Notes under the pieces: model-generated | What the model saw: only the letters and a program-made list of their open reading frames with translations | The model's database searches: none | Told to the model about the DNA's origin: nothing | DNA from: an uncultured Clostridia bacterium | GTDB taxonomy: Bacteria; Bacillota; Clostridia; Christensenellales; UBA1242 | Direction of reading: 5' to 3' | Assembly (NCBI GenBank): GCA_947626955.1 | Contig: CANQUB010000003.1 | Coordinates: forward strand, 1 to 60,889 | Length of the DNA stretch: 60,889 nt | Position numbers and translations under genes: made by a program | Shown: one piece after another, positions 26,427 through 37,683 of the stretch | Numbering within the stretch: the first letter of the stretch is position 1 | How the letters are laid out: each line of letters begins with the position of its first letter

Positions 26427-29126
26427 TTATTCCTTGGCTTTTATTATGTTTAGCGGCTTTATGCGCGAAAGCATTATGAGCGGAATTAATGCCGACAGGA
26501 TGGTGACTGCCACCACCACGCTGACAATTATGGCAAAAGTAGCCGGGTTTGCCACAATTAGTGCCATGCCCTTAAAGGCGGCGTTTTGCGTGACCTTGAC
26601 AAGGCTTGAGGACAAGATGGAGTTGGCAAGATAGGCAATTCCAAAGAGCCCGCACACCGACACAAGACAAATTAGCAGCGAGGCGAACATGAGCTGGAAT
26701 AAGAAGATTTTGACGAGCTCCACCTTTCTGCCCCCAAGGGCGCGGATAAGCCCAATTTCATAGACACGCCCACGAACAATCTTGCGCCCGAAGTTGAACA
26801 AGATAAGCAGGCAGGCGCAAAGCAGCACAATGGCAATGGTCATAAACAGGCTTTTATACATGGTCATCACTCTTACCACGGTGTAGACGGCCGAGAACTG
26901 CGGCGAGGTCGAGTAGAAGGCGTGCGGCTCGCCCACCTTGTAAAGGGCGGCGATGTCGGTTGGCTGGTCAAAGTACACAGCGTATGGATAGAGGTCGTAG
27001 TGGCGAAAGAACTTGTAGTCGTCGGGGCAAACCTCGAATGACTTGCCATTTTTTGTCTGCTCACGAACATCGACCACCTTGAACTTTCTTGAATACAGCG
27101 GCTCATCGCTTGGGTTTCGGCCAGCCGTAAAGCCCTCGATAATAAACTCCTTGTTTTCAAACTGGTCTATAGTTTCACTGGTCAATTCAGCCCCAAACAG
27201 CGAATTATAGAGCTCCATGCTCATTATGACCTCACCCGGCTTTAAAAGATACTCACCATAGTAATTGTCCTCGTTCATAGAGCAGGTCAGGCTGTCGGTG
27301 TTTATCATCAGCATTTTGCCCGCCGTCCCGTCTTCGTTTACTTCCAAGACGTCGACACGTGGCAACCTTGCATATGTATATGGTTTGCCCTGCGCCGTGC
27401 GGTTCATTATTATGGCGTCCAAAAACTCCTCACTGGTAGCATAAGCAACATTTAATGAGGTTCGGGCCTCTTCGACGAACTGGCTGTAGAGGTCGGAGGT
27501 GTAAATTTTTTGTGCGTCCTCACGGGACTGAGTTCTTAAAACCTCTTGAATATCCTCAATGAGGTCGTGGTAACGCTCTTTGTAGCCCGTGTTTATGACC
27601 CCTCGAACGCGGAATCCCCTATCCTGGGCAATCCAGCCTATAAGCTTGCTGTACGGAAAGTCACCATAGGTGAACAGGTCGGGTGCAAAGTTTAGAACTA
27701 TGCAGTCGGCCATGTAGTCGGTTATGTAAACACCTTCAGGCTCTTCGTGGTTGACCTGGTCGGTGGCGGCAAAATCTATTTGCCCGTCCTTGCCATAGAG
27801 CCTGGCAATATATTCCTCGGTGCAAATAAGCACCCCCACGCCCTCTTTGGCGTACAGCTCTTGATAGGCGGTAACCTGGTCAATCGTGTTGCCATTTTGG
27901 ATGGTGGTAGAATCTTTGTCTAGCGGAATTGGCAGGTTGTAAAGAAGATACATTCCGCCTTGGTTTGGCGTGTCTTTAAACCTTTGCAAATCCTCTTCGG
28001 TGACCATGCCCATCTTGTTGGTGGAAACCACCGTGGTAAGACCGGTTGCATAATAGCCCTTTTGCAAGATATACACATCGTTATACGCCCCCGAGACCGT
28101 TTTGAGAAGGTCGTTGCCATTAAAGCTCATCAGCATTTGGCAAAGGCCAAACAACATGACCAAAAATGAGACTATGACCGTGGAAGCAATAAAATTAAGC
28201 AGGCTATTTTTGGTGAACTTGGCCGAAAGTTTTATTACCTTGCTGGCCGGCAGGTTGCTACCTTTAAGCGGCCGGTTCTTTGGCGGCTTTTCACTCTTTT
28301 TCTTATACTCTTTAAAAACATCTTCCTGTCTCGAGAATTTGAGCTTGTTTTTCCTCAGCTTTTCATTTACAAGGGCCACCTCTTCCTCGGTGAGAGAGCG
28401 GCTACTTGGCAGGTGAATCTCTTTGTCGTCAATGACCAGGTCGTCGCTGGCCGAGGTTCGCTCTTTGTCCGAAATTATCTTGCCCTCGCTCAGGCGGATT
28501 ATGCGGTCGCCGTACTGCTTGGCGTGCTCAATATTGTGCGACACAATGACCACAAGGCTGGTTTTTGAAAGCTCTTTTAACAAATTTAAAATTTGCGTGG
28601 AAATGACCTCGTCGAGGTTGCCAGTTGGCTCGTCGGCAAGGATTAGGCTGGGGCTTTTAACTAGAGCTCGTGCTATGGCCACACGCTGCTGCTGCCCGCC
28701 CGAGAGCTCTTTTGGATATCTATTTTCGTAGCCCTCAAGCCCTACAATCTTTAAGGTCTCGGCCACCTTTTTATCGTCTTTTATATGCTGAAGGTCAAGG
28801 GCGAACTTGACATTTTCAAAAACGGTCAGCATATCCATAAGGTAATAGTCTTGGAACACAAAGCCCATATACGAGTTTCTAAACTGGTCGAAACTCCCCT
28901 TGCCCCCCATTTCGGAAAACTTTATGTCATCGATAAAAATGTCTCCGCTGGTCACGTTGTCCAGCCCGCCGAGAAGGTTTAGAAGGGTACTTTTACCGCT
29001 ACCGCTCTTGCCCACAACAAAGACCATGCCCTTGTTGCCAAGTTCAAACGAGACGTCGTCTAGCGCGGTGCAAGACTGCTTTGACGAACTTTTGTATATC
29101 TTAGTAAGGTGCTCAACTTTAATCAT
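26427..29126 (-). CDS. ABC transporter ATPase-permease fusion (MacB/FtsX-like)
   Basis: [25 protein letters not shown]-terminal FtsX-type EIGLIRALG; start refined to ATG 29126. Confidence 0.92.
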   Translation of the reverse strand: MIKVEHLTKIYKSSSKQSCTALDDVSFELGNKGMVFVVGKSGSGKSTLLNLLGGLDNVTSGDIFIDDIKFSEMGGKGSFDQFRNSYMGFVFQDYYLMDMLTVFENVKFALDLQHIKDDKKVAETLKIVGLEGYENRYPKELSGGQQQRVAIARALVKSPSLILADEPTGNLDEVISTQILNLLKELSKTSLVVIVSHNIEHAKQYGDRIIRLSEGKIISDKERTSASDDLVIDDKEIHLPSSRSLTEEEVALVNEKLRKNKLKFSRQEDVFKEYKKKSEKPPKNRPLKGSNLPASKVIKLSAKFTKNSLLNFIASTVIVSFLVMLFGLCQMLMSFNGNDLLKTVSGAYNDVYILQKGYYATGLTTVVSTNKMGMVTEEDLQRFKDTPNQGGMYLLYNLPIPLDKDSTTIQNGNTIDQVTAYQELYAKEGVGVLICTEEYIARLYGKDGQIDFAATDQVNHEEPEGVYITDYMADCIVLNFAPDLFTYGDFPYSKLIGWIAQDRGFRVRGVINTGYKERYHDLIEDIQEVLRTQSREDAQKIYTSDLYSQFVEEARTSLNVAYATSEEFLDAIIMNRTAQGKPYTYARLPRVDVLEVNEDGTAGKMLMINTDSLTCSMNEDNYYGEYLLKPGEVIMSMELYNSLFGAELTSETIDQFENKEFIIEGFTAGRNPSDEPLYSRKFKVVDVREQTKNGKSFEVCPDDYKFFRHYDLYPYAVYFDQPTDIAALYKVGEPHAFYSTSPQFSAVYTVVRVMTMYKSLFMTIAIVLLCACLLILFNFGRKIVRGRVYEIGLIRALGGRKVELVKIFLFQLMFASLLICLVSVCGLFGIAYLANSILSSSLVKVTQNAAFKGMALIVANPATFAIIVSVVVAVTILSALIPLIMLSRIKPLNIIKAKE

Positions 29127-29253
29127 GGGCCAAGTATAACAAAAGCCCCTTTTTAAGTCAAGCACATGGGAGACGTTGACGGAGACGAAAAAATTTAAGC
29201 GTTAAAAATTATAAAAATTTCAAAAATTCGCTAGCACAAAATATGGTTAAGTG

Positions 29254-29332
29254 TGATATAATACTACCATTAAAATCCGATTTGCGTACAACATAAGAAA
29301 CAGCAGGCGTGATTTAACTTGCTGTTTTTTTT
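29254..29332 (+). promoter_or_regulatory. Extended -10 promoter and leader terminator upstream of the MATE gene
   Basis: TGaTATAAT 29254-29262; stem aaacagcagg 29298-29307 / cttgctgttt 29318-29327 plus T-run before the start codon. Confidence 0.55.
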
Positions 29333-29344
29333 ACGGCAAAAAGG

Positions 29345-31315
29345 ATGATTATGGAAAAGACTATTCAAAACACTGACAACAAATTTTTAGGCACCGAAAG
29401 GATTGGAAAACTTTTGAAAATGTTTTCTATCCCCTGCGTTTTGTCTCTTATTATTCAAGCACTTTATAACCTTATTGACCAAATTTTTATTGGCAACTCT
29501 TCTCTCGGCCAGCTTGGCAACACGGCCACCGGCATTGTTTACCCCCTCACAGTCATTGCCCTTGCACTTGGGCTGTTTATTGGTGATGGAAGTGCGGCCT
29601 GCATAAGCATAAACCAAGGCCGAAACCAAACCGAGGACACCCACAAGACCATTGGCACTGGCATCAGCATTGGTTTTATTGTAAGTGCTGTGCTGGTTTT
29701 AGTCAGCTTTGTGTTTAGAAAGCAAATTTTGGTGGGCTTTGGTGCTAAAGAGAGCGCCGTTCTCGATTATTCCATGCAATACTCAACATGGATTATTATT
29801 GGCTTTCCTCTATTCTTGCTTGCCTGCGTTCTAAACCCTATCATTCGTGCCGACGGCAGCCCGAAGTTCGCCATGCTTTCGATGGCGCTTGGAGCCATAA
29901 CCAACATTGCCCTTGACCCGCTATTTATCTATGCTTTCAAAATGGGCATGAATGGAGCTGCCCTCGCCACATTTATCGGTCAGCTTGTGACCTTTATTTT
30001 GAGCGTTTGCTACTTTATAAAGTCCAAAAACTTTAAGCTCACCCTAAAGAGTTTCATCCCCGACTTTAAGTTGCTTTGGCAAAGCCTAAAACTGGGCATT
30101 TCAAGCTTTTTGACCCAAATTTCCATTGTCATCATCTCTATTGTCACCAACAATATTTTAAACATCTATCTTCCCGGCGACACCTCGGCCATCGGCCTTT
30201 TGACCATTGCCTTTAAGGTGTTTGGAATTGTGGTCAGCATTGCCATCGGCATTGCCTCGGGCGGCCAACCAATACTTGGTTATAACTATGGCGCCAAAAA
30301 ATACGACCGCGTTAAAGAGGCTTTTAAATATATAATGCTCTCCACTCTCATCGTGGGCGTGGTGGCCACACTGCTGTTTGAGCTTTGCCCGCAGTATATT
30401 TTGGCCATCTTTGGCTACAAGCAAGTGCCTGAATTTGGTATACTCATCTTCCGCATCTACCTTGGCTTTATCCTTTTAACCTGCATGACCAAGGTGGTGT
30501 CCATCTTGTTCCAGGCCATAGGCTCACCCGTAAAGTCCACCCTCATTGCCATGCTGCGCGACCTTATATTCCTTGTTCCACTGACCATCTTGCTGCCTCT
30601 CAGCACCAAGACCATCTACCCATTTTACTGGGCGGCACCAATCAGTGATGTGCTGACCGCCATCGTGGCCACTGTGCTAATAATAAGGCTGTTTAAGCAA
30701 ATAAACAAAGGCCAAGAAGCAACCACCGAAAAGGCCGTGGCCATCTTGCCATCTAGCAAGGGGGTCATTGTCACAATATCCCGTCAGCACGGTGCCGGCG
30801 GAAGAGAGATTGGCCAAAAACTTGCCAAAAAGATGGGCGTGCCTTTCTATGACAAGGAGCTCACTTCGCTAATCGCCGACGAAAGCGGCCTTGCACAAGA
30901 ATATATCAATAATATAGAAGAAAAGGACTCAATTTTGTACGATTTGTATCTCTCCACCGAGGCCAACCAAGCCGCAATAAAGGCCCAGGAGCTGGTGCTA
31001 AACAAGATTGCACAAAGCGGCTCTTGCGTAATCGTTGGGCGTGCTGCCGACCATGTTTTGCAAAACTATAATCCCTTCAAAGTGTTTATCCACGCTCCAA
31101 CCGAGTTCAAACGGCAAAGGATAATGCAAAACTACGGCGACGATGAAAAACTGGCTAGCGAAAACATTGATCGAGCCGACAAACGCCGTGCCAAATTTTA
31201 TAACAGCGTCACCGGCAAAACTTGGGGAGACATAAACAACTACAATCTCTCCATAGACAGCTCAATGGGCATCGACAAGGTTGTCGACCAAATTTACACG
31301 GCCATAAAGCAGTAA
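29345..31315 (+). CDS. MATE efflux transporter fused to a cytidylate-kinase-like domain
   Basis: IQALYNLIDQIFIG, IRADGSPKFAM, ILGYNYGAK; C-terminal VTISRQHGAGGREIG, VIVGRAAD. Confidence 0.93.
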   Translation: MIMEKTIQNTDNKFLGTERIGKLLKMFSIPCVLSLIIQALYNLIDQIFIGNSSLGQLGNTATGIVYPLTVIALALGLFIGDGSAACISINQGRNQTEDTHKTIGTGISIGFIVSAVLVLVSFVFRKQILVGFGAKESAVLDYSMQYSTWIIIGFPLFLLACVLNPIIRADGSPKFAMLSMALGAITNIALDPLFIYAFKMGMNGAALATFIGQLVTFILSVCYFIKSKNFKLTLKSFIPDFKLLWQSLKLGISSFLTQISIVIISIVTNNILNIYLPGDTSAIGLLTIAFKVFGIVVSIAIGIASGGQPILGYNYGAKKYDRVKEAFKYIMLSTLIVGVVATLLFELCPQYILAIFGYKQVPEFGILIFRIYLGFILLTCMTKVVSILFQAIGSPVKSTLIAMLRDLIFLVPLTILLPLSTKTIYPFYWAAPISDVLTAIVATVLIIRLFKQINKGQEATTEKAVAILPSSKGVIVTISRQHGAGGREIGQKLAKKMGVPFYDKELTSLIADESGLAQEYINNIEEKDSILYDLYLSTEANQAAIKAQELVLNKIAQSGSCVIVGRAADHVLQNYNPFKVFIHAPTEFKRQRIMQNYGDDEKLASENIDRADKRRAKFYNSVTGKTWGDINNYNLSIDSSMGIDKVVDQIYTAIKQ

Positions 31316-31394
31316 AAGCGCCGCTCGCAAAATTTTCTTCACCCCCTCTTCACAAGGGCAAAATAGTATGGTATAATATCTTCGTGAGGAAGAT

Positions 31395-32942
31395 ATGAAA
31401 GTTTTTAGTGTTGCAACTAATGTTGACCCAAAAGAGGCCGAGGCCTTTGTGGAGAACATGAAGGTCCTTTTATCGGACACTTTTGGCAAAAAGCATGAGA
31501 ACTCCATTTGCTCAATTCTAGACGACGCATGCTATGTTTTTGTTCCAAAGACCCATGCTGTGGACAGGGAAATGTTAAATGACTGGTATCTTGAGCAGGC
31601 CGAAAATTTTGGCTTTGATAACATCCGGGATTTTTCTAGATTCTTGCAAGATTTTCCATACCAAAAGATGAGCCAAATTGAGAAGCACTTAAGGCTTTTA
31701 GCCGACCTTCAAGCTGACGCGCCATCCGAAAAGCTACAAAAGATTACCAAAGAGGCCGACGATGTGCTAGACAAGTTTTTCAAAAAACACAAACTTGCCA
31801 GCGACACTTCTTCAAATGCAAACAAAATTGCCTCCATGCTCCTACACTACCCTCAGCTCTTTTGCAGCAAGACAGTCTATGAAATTTTGTCCTTCAAAAA
31901 TTTATACAACTATGATTACAACCAACTGTCCGAAATAAAGATTGTCCAAAGCCTGATTAGGTCGTTTAATCTAGACCCATCCTTTGACATTGATGAATTT
32001 ATCTATCAATTAAAGATGGAAGACGTAAATGAAGTCAAAAATATTGCAAAAGTGGACAAAGACACCGCTACTGAAATGATTGCTTGCTTCAGCGCCACGG
32101 CATCGGCCTTGATTGAATTAAAACTTGACTATGACGACTACATAACAAGCGCACTCACACAAAGTTCTTTCTACGACTACCTAAATAGCCTGGTAAAAGA
32201 TGGGCGCCTGGATTTTATTCAAAGGTTCAATGAGCAGTTTAACGCTCTCTCGGCCATGGCCTTTGGCGAAACCAACACCGAAGCTTTTTGCAATAACTTT
32301 GTGGATTTAAAAACCTATTTTAATGTGCTGTTTTGCTTTTTGAAAAAGGATTGTCCAAACATCATCAGCATTCACGAATGCCTGCACCTGATTTCGGGCA
32401 AATTGACCGACGATCCTTTGGGAATTTCCGATAGCAAAGCTTTTAAAACCGGGCTGATGACCGAACGCTATGCCGCCGGCCAATCAGTTGTGATCGGTGA
32501 GACCTTCAACGAGTTCTACACTCAATATTTGACCCACAAAACTGCCGAAGCCCACAATATTCCTTTAGATTTTGAAAGTGGATACGATAAATACTTGCCT
32601 CTGTTTGAAAAGTTTTTTGACAAGTACTCTCCCGAGCTAAAAGAGGCCTACCTTTCTTGGAATTTCAATTCACTAATTAAAAAATTTGGTAGAGACAACA
32701 TTTTAAAAGTCTTCAGGGCCACCGACTATCTCTTTGAAGTTTCCAAGGATGAAGCACCGGGAGTAGTCTCCGACGTCGTCACCCTCAAAAATTCCGAAAC
32801 CCCTCTTAGTCAAAGAAAACTGCTAGCCGGCCTGCTCGAAGGCCACTCTTGCTATGAGCCTATTATAAAAGCCGTAGAGCAAGTCCAAACCTGCTTAGAC
32901 TGCTTGGAAGAGCACGCCGAACAAAATAATAAAAATAAATAA
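31395..32942 (+). CDS. Hypothetical protein with gluzincin-like HExxH motif
   Basis: IHECLH followed by FNEFYTQY; 515 aa, no signal peptide. Confidence 0.6.
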   Translation: MKVFSVATNVDPKEAEAFVENMKVLLSDTFGKKHENSICSILDDACYVFVPKTHAVDREMLNDWYLEQAENFGFDNIRDFSRFLQDFPYQKMSQIEKHLRLLADLQADAPSEKLQKITKEADDVLDKFFKKHKLASDTSSNANKIASMLLHYPQLFCSKTVYEILSFKNLYNYDYNQLSEIKIVQSLIRSFNLDPSFDIDEFIYQLKMEDVNEVKNIAKVDKDTATEMIACFSATASALIELKLDYDDYITSALTQSSFYDYLNSLVKDGRLDFIQRFNEQFNALSAMAFGETNTEAFCNNFVDLKTYFNVLFCFLKKDCPNIISIHECLHLISGKLTDDPLGISDSKAFKTGLMTERYAAGQSVVIGETFNEFYTQYLTHKTAEAHNIPLDFESGYDKYLPLFEKFFDKYSPELKEAYLSWNFNSLIKKFGRDNILKVFRATDYLFEVSKDEAPGVVSDVVTLKNSETPLSQRKLLAGLLEGHSCYEPIIKAVEQVQTCLDCLEEHAEQNNKNK

Positions 32943-32988
32943 AATATCCCCTCAGCCAACCGCTGAGGGGGTTTTGTTTTCTAGAAGA

Positions 32989-33948
32989 TTATATATTTTC
33001 GCCGCCTGCCGGCAAGTATGTGAACTCCAAATTGGTCTTGCGGTCATAAATTTCGCCCTGCGGCTCATCAAACATTGAACCGGGGGTGCTTTTTCTTGCG
33101 TAACAATAATTGCAGGCATGGCGGCAAGTGTCATACCTGCCAATATCTACGGCTGGCATGCAACCGCAATATTTTCGCTGGCCGTCAACCTTGTTATTTT
33201 TGCGTTTGACCACAATCCCCATGTCTTTATACTTGTCACTTAGCAGCTTTTCAAAAATTTGCCCGTCGATGCACTTGCTTGGACTAATCCCATACTTTGA
33301 CCAATCCCCCGCCTCGGCGCAGGCTTCAATTTGAATGCCATTTTTGTTTGCAATTCGAGAAAAGGCCGCCAAAATTTTATGTTTATCATTTAGCGACGGA
33401 GCGTGCACCTCTTTTGAACAACCCGAATAACTCTCTATAACGAAGCTTATTTTGCAATGCCTAGTGTGGCCACTAAGTTCCTTACACAATTTTTCAAAAA
33501 CTTTAATATGCCAGTCGGCGTCAATGCCATCGGTTACCAGTATTGGATCATATCTCCAAATGACCGGGCAAAATTTAGAAAGTTCTTTAAAGCTGGCTAT
33601 CCTTTCTTCAAGTGGCGGCAGGCCACCTTCAATGCTAGAGGGATAAGCGTTCAGCGTGTATAGAAAATAATATTTGTAGTCCTTTAGGCTTTCAAGGTTT
33701 TTGATAAGCGGCTTCGGGTTCTTTGTCCAAAAAACCATGCCTTCCACCGTTCCGCTCACTTCAAACTGCTTTTCACCCAATAAATTTTGGCTTTTTTTAC
33801 TTATTTTTACAGGTTCTAGCCTAATTTTTGCGATTTTTGATGGGTTTATGGGGTTTGGAACCAACACAAAGCCCCTTTTTATGCAATTCATAAACCAATC
33901 GCCATAAAAAGCAGGTATATCCGTCCTTCGACTAACACTGAGAATCAT
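32989..33948 (-). CDS. DUF1848 family protein
   Basis: MILSVSRRTDIPAFY, VFWTKNP, WRYDPI, DIGRYDTCRHACNYCYA. Confidence 0.92.
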   Translation of the reverse strand: MILSVSRRTDIPAFYGDWFMNCIKRGFVLVPNPINPSKIAKIRLEPVKISKKSQNLLGEKQFEVSGTVEGMVFWTKNPKPLIKNLESLKDYKYYFLYTLNAYPSSIEGGLPPLEERIASFKELSKFCPVIWRYDPILVTDGIDADWHIKVFEKLCKELSGHTRHCKISFVIESYSGCSKEVHAPSLNDKHKILAAFSRIANKNGIQIEACAEAGDWSKYGISPSKCIDGQIFEKLLSDKYKDMGIVVKRKNNKVDGQRKYCGCMPAVDIGRYDTCRHACNYCYARKSTPGSMFDEPQGEIYDRKTNLEFTYLPAGGENI

Positions 33949-34159
33949 TGTTTGTCTCCAAATAATAATATACCATATTGTTTTGCCTTTTCAAAGCTTA
34001 TTGCCGTCATTCCCCTTTTTCTTCTAGACAACAAGCTTTTCTTTTTCTTCTTCTCAGAGTGTTTTTGTGTTGAAAAATTTATCCCTCTGCTTTTCTGTCT
34101 GCAGTTTACAAATTAATCCGCACCCGAAACTGACGATACTAAAAACAAAAATTAATTTA

Positions 34160-34206
34160 AATTAATGCACTAACCAAAAACCGCACCCAACCTCGGGTGC
34201 GGCTTT
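34160..34206. repeat. 47-bp terminator-containing direct repeat, copy 1 (copy 2 at 37226-37272)
   Basis: aattaatgcactaaccaaaaaccgcacccaacctcgggtgcggcttt versus aattaatgcatttaaacaaagccgcaccccacctcgggtgcggcttt. Confidence 0.8.
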
Positions 34207-34218
34207 GGTTTAGTTCTC

Positions 34219-36372
34219 TTAACTAAATGTAACCACTATTTTGGTGATCAAGACTTGCATCTCGACATCCCCTTTTCTAATGGCCAAAACACCGTTTGAG
34301 TTAAATTGCAGTTGGATGTCAGGTTCGCTGGAATAGCCATGAACATTCCAGATGAAGCTAGCGTCAAACATCTCATATCCGCTCAGGTTAGAGGTGCTTT
34401 CACCCTGGCCACTGAAGGTATACAGCAGCACATCATTTGAGTAGATGTCAATTTGAATATTGCAGTTTGCCTCGTCATACATCTCGTTTAGGTCAAAATC
34501 AACTTCGATCTTGTCGGTTTCGTATGTGCCGTCATAGCGAGTAGAGTCCAAAATTTCGGGCTGGCTGTTGGCGTCAAAAATTCCGCCATGGGCTTCGACA
34601 TCAATGTTTCTTAACTGGACATCTTCTAGCAAAACTTGCATGCTGTCACCCGCCTGCCCTGCGTTCACCTTGACGATAAGCTGGTTGCTGCCGCCGTTTA
34701 TATATAGGCTATATGTAATTAGCCCGTCAGCTATTGTGCCCTCATCCCCCTGAGTCCCCTGGAAGCCAAGGAAATATGCGTCGACAAGTGCGTCTTCGCC
34801 GGTGCTGGCCACAAGAAAGTCCACGCCTTTTACAAACGTTTTTGTGTATGTTTGCCCGTTGACGGTAATTTTTATGGTAAAGCTTTCGAAACGACCCAAA
34901 TCGTTAAGGGTGAACTCAAATGGCCTGACCTCTTGAGCCCCACCTGTATAGACCTTGGCGTTAGTCTTGCCGTCGTCACCAATAATGTAGGTGAGCACAA
35001 TGTTGTCGTCCCCGCGATAGAATTTAAATTGATTAGAAAACGTCACATTTTTCATGCCAGGCACATTGTCTAAAACCTTTATTGACTGTCTATCCACGTC
35101 TATATCGAAGCTATTCATCTCTACGCCCGAGAAGTATGTGTCAGGAGTGTCGTATTCGCCAATTTCAAAGGTGTAAGTTTTTCCACTCTCGTCATATTGA
35201 ATATTCTTTACAGGCACGCCGTTTACTGAAAATTTGATGCCCGCAAAGTCCACAATTTGTTCCAAAGTGTCCGTTTGCGACGATGCACATTCAATTCCCG
35301 CTAACCTATACTTAAGTATCAGCTTTTGCCCATATGTTTTTTGTGGTAGGCTACCCTCTTGCCACTCTTGTGAATCTTGAGTTTTCCAACCCACGCGTTC
35401 AAACTTAAAGACAATGTTGTCGGTGGTAGCGTCGCCGTCGCTCAAGTAGACAGTCCCCGTTCCGTCATCATGGACAGCCGAGCTTATATAAATGAGATTG
35501 CTTAGGCCGTCCTGCGACAGCTGCAAGATGCTGGACTCATTGACATTTTGAGTGGAGAACTCAAGGGCGTACACCCTTTGCCCCTGAAGCTCGGTCAGGC
35601 TCACCGACTGGGCTATAGAATTTTCCACTGTGAAAACTCGAAGCAGTGAAGCTTTGTTAAATGGTAGATCCCTGTCCTCGTTTACATATTTTATACAAAG
35701 GGTAAACGATTCCTCGGTCATGTCCACATTGATAAACTTGCCCGCAAGGCCGAACCACCTATCTTCGTCTTGACTGCCCACAAGAGGCATGAACCCGCCT
35801 ACAGGCTGGCCGCCCACGCCTTGTTCCTTGTTATCCACCCATACCTGGATGTGGTCAAGGAAGTCTCGCATCACTTGGTCGCTGGTATTAAGATCCACCG
35901 TGTTTTCAATGCCAAGTTCAATCTCGTTTATTTGTGGGTTTGGCTTAGACAGCGTGAAGCTATAATCCACCTTCTCGGCGAAAGGTATGGTTATAACAAA
36001 GGCACGGTAATTGCCGTCAGGTTGCTCATCCTTTATCTTGGTGGTAAAAGGCTTATTGTTGACCTCTCTGACCGTCAAATTAATGTCCCATTTTCTTGTC
36101 AGCGAAATTTCTACCGTTATGTTTTCTTTAGACTTGGTCTTTTCAGGACCATAGGTAAAAGTGGCGCCTGTGGCTGTCGAATTGTTATTAACACTTACCG
36201 ACGAATTACAAATGATGTAGAAATCCCCACCAAAGTCATCAGTGGTGAAGCCATCATAACTAATGCTTATAGTCCCCTGCACCGAAACGGCTTTTTGACA
36301 GCCAACAAAACAAATTCCGGTGAGCAGTACCAAAGCAAAAACGCCTAAAAGGCTAAAAAATTTCTTTGCCAT
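34219..36372 (-). CDS. Large putative lipoprotein, beta-rich, unknown function
   Basis: MAKKFF, hydrophobic stretch, lipobox FVG-C; start refined to ATG 36372. Confidence 0.75.
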   Translation of the reverse strand: MAKKFFSLLGVFALVLLTGICFVGCQKAVSVQGTISISYDGFTTDDFGGDFYIICNSSVSVNNNSTATGATFTYGPEKTKSKENITVEISLTRKWDINLTVREVNNKPFTTKIKDEQPDGNYRAFVITIPFAEKVDYSFTLSKPNPQINEIELGIENTVDLNTSDQVMRDFLDHIQVWVDNKEQGVGGQPVGGFMPLVGSQDEDRWFGLAGKFINVDMTEESFTLCIKYVNEDRDLPFNKASLLRVFTVENSIAQSVSLTELQGQRVYALEFSTQNVNESSILQLSQDGLSNLIYISSAVHDDGTGTVYLSDGDATTDNIVFKFERVGWKTQDSQEWQEGSLPQKTYGQKLILKYRLAGIECASSQTDTLEQIVDFAGIKFSVNGVPVKNIQYDESGKTYTFEIGEYDTPDTYFSGVEMNSFDIDVDRQSIKVLDNVPGMKNVTFSNQFKFYRGDDNIVLTYIIGDDGKTNAKVYTGGAQEVRPFEFTLNDLGRFESFTIKITVNGQTYTKTFVKGVDFLVASTGEDALVDAYFLGFQGTQGDEGTIADGLITYSLYINGGSNQLIVKVNAGQAGDSMQVLLEDVQLRNIDVEAHGGIFDANSQPEILDSTRYDGTYETDKIEVDFDLNEMYDEANCNIQIDIYSNDVLLYTFSGQGESTSNLSGYEMFDASFIWNVHGYSSEPDIQLQFNSNGVLAIRKGDVEMQVLITKIVVTFS

Positions 36373-36574
36373 ATTCTCTCCTTTATATTTATAGTCTACC
36401 ACAAATTATTAATTTTTACAAACAAAAGTGATATATATAAATTTATTGAAATTATCCAAATTTTCCTCGCCCCCGCCGCTATTTCACAGCCCTTTACTTT
36501 ACGCAAATTCGCTCCAATGGGTATTGATTTTTTGCAAACCCCATGATATACTAAATGAGTAAGGAGAATTAGCT

Positions 36575-37231
36575 ATGTATAAGTTTAAAGATTTGGCTGT
36601 TTATAGAGATTTACGAACTGACCAATTAAGATTGGCCGTTATCAGCAAAAAAGATTCCTATCGAGAAGCCCTTTTTGTTGCTGACGAAAGGGTTAGGCCT
36701 TTTATAGCAGAGGACATATGGAAAAAGTATCAAATAAACTCAGTTATGGAAAGATTGCTTGGCCTTTCTTTTGATTATAATCAGGAATTTTCGATTGAAA
36801 ATTTGCAAGCTTTGGAGCTGGGATTGAATGCTGCATTATGCCGTTCGTTTCTTGCCTCTTTGGTGGTTACGGAGGATGGAACAGGGGTTTTTGAATGTAT
36901 GAAAAAGGGCGATTTGCTTTTTGAACCCCTTTATCAAAGCACCCTCTTAGGTCATTTATTTACCGAAAGAAACGGAAAGTATAGTATTGCACCTCGTGTC
37001 CCTAGAAGTATAATCTCTCAAACCGGGGTTAAATCAACTATAGAAGAGTTCCCAAGATTAGCTATTGCTTCTCTAATAAAGGGACAGTCGCCTTACGGTG
37101 TGTTCCCTGACCGATCAATGTATCTCGACGAAGATGAATGCCCCTGGTTCACACTCGAGGCCTACAATAGCTTTCTTGCAAAGCAAAAGAAAACCGAGCC
37201 CGACACCACCAGTTCTAACGACAAGAATTAA
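36575..37231 (+). CDS. Hypothetical protein
   Basis: 218-aa ORF, aaggag RBS, upstream TGATATACT extended -10. Confidence 0.75.
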   Translation: MYKFKDLAVYRDLRTDQLRLAVISKKDSYREALFVADERVRPFIAEDIWKKYQINSVMERLLGLSFDYNQEFSIENLQALELGLNAALCRSFLASLVVTEDGTGVFECMKKGDLLFEPLYQSTLLGHLFTERNGKYSIAPRVPRSIISQTGVKSTIEEFPRLAIASLIKGQSPYGVFPDRSMYLDEDECPWFTLEAYNSFLAKQKKTEPDTTSSNDKN

Positions 37232-37272
37232 TGCATTTAAACAAAGCCGCACCCCACCTCGGGTGCGGCTTT
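37226..37272. repeat. 47-bp direct repeat, copy 2 (terminator hairpin)
   Basis: See copy 1 at 34160-34206. Confidence 0.8.
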
Positions 37273-37293
37273 TATATAAAAAGCGGCGACTAT

Positions 37294-37674
37294 TTAGTCT
37301 CCGCTATTTTTTTCTCTTTTTGTGTGGCACATTGGGCATTCTTTATCCTCTTCAAAAAGTTGGTAGCCACATTTTTTGCAATATTCAACATTTTCAACCG
37401 CTTCACCCGATTCAACTTCTTCAATTTCCTGCTCTTCAATAACCTTTTTGCTCAAAAGCAGTTCTTCCAGGGTGTCGATGCGTTTCATTGCGTTATTTAA
37501 GCCAAGCAGTAGTATAAGTGACATTGTCCAAGACAGGGTGGCTATCAAAAACACAGCCACGCTTATGGCTTTTTGTACGGTAAAAATAAGTAGTACTAAC
37601 TCGCAAGATACAAATGCTATGGCGTAAATAATTGTTACAATCCCAACAATCGCCGACCAATTGTTTTTTTTCAT
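37294..37674 (-). CDS. Small membrane protein with C-terminal zinc ribbon
   Basis: Two TM segments; CKKC..CPMC. Confidence 0.8.
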   Translation of the reverse strand: MKKNNWSAIVGIVTIIYAIAFVSCELVLLIFTVQKAISVAVFLIATLSWTMSLILLLGLNNAMKRIDTLEELLLSKKVIEEQEIEEVESGEAVENVEYCKKCGYQLFEEDKECPMCHTKREKNSGD

Positions 37675-37683
37675 ATTTCCCTC

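Noticed and set aside
29225-29290. Purine riboswitch upstream of MATE
   Set aside because: AATATGG, CTACC and TAAAATCC fragments are present, but P3 cannot form and the -10 box lies inside the putative aptamer.
33990-34170. Short coding remnant on the minus strand upstream of DUF1848
   Set aside because: Interrupted by stops with no recognisable homology; too weak to call a pseudogene.
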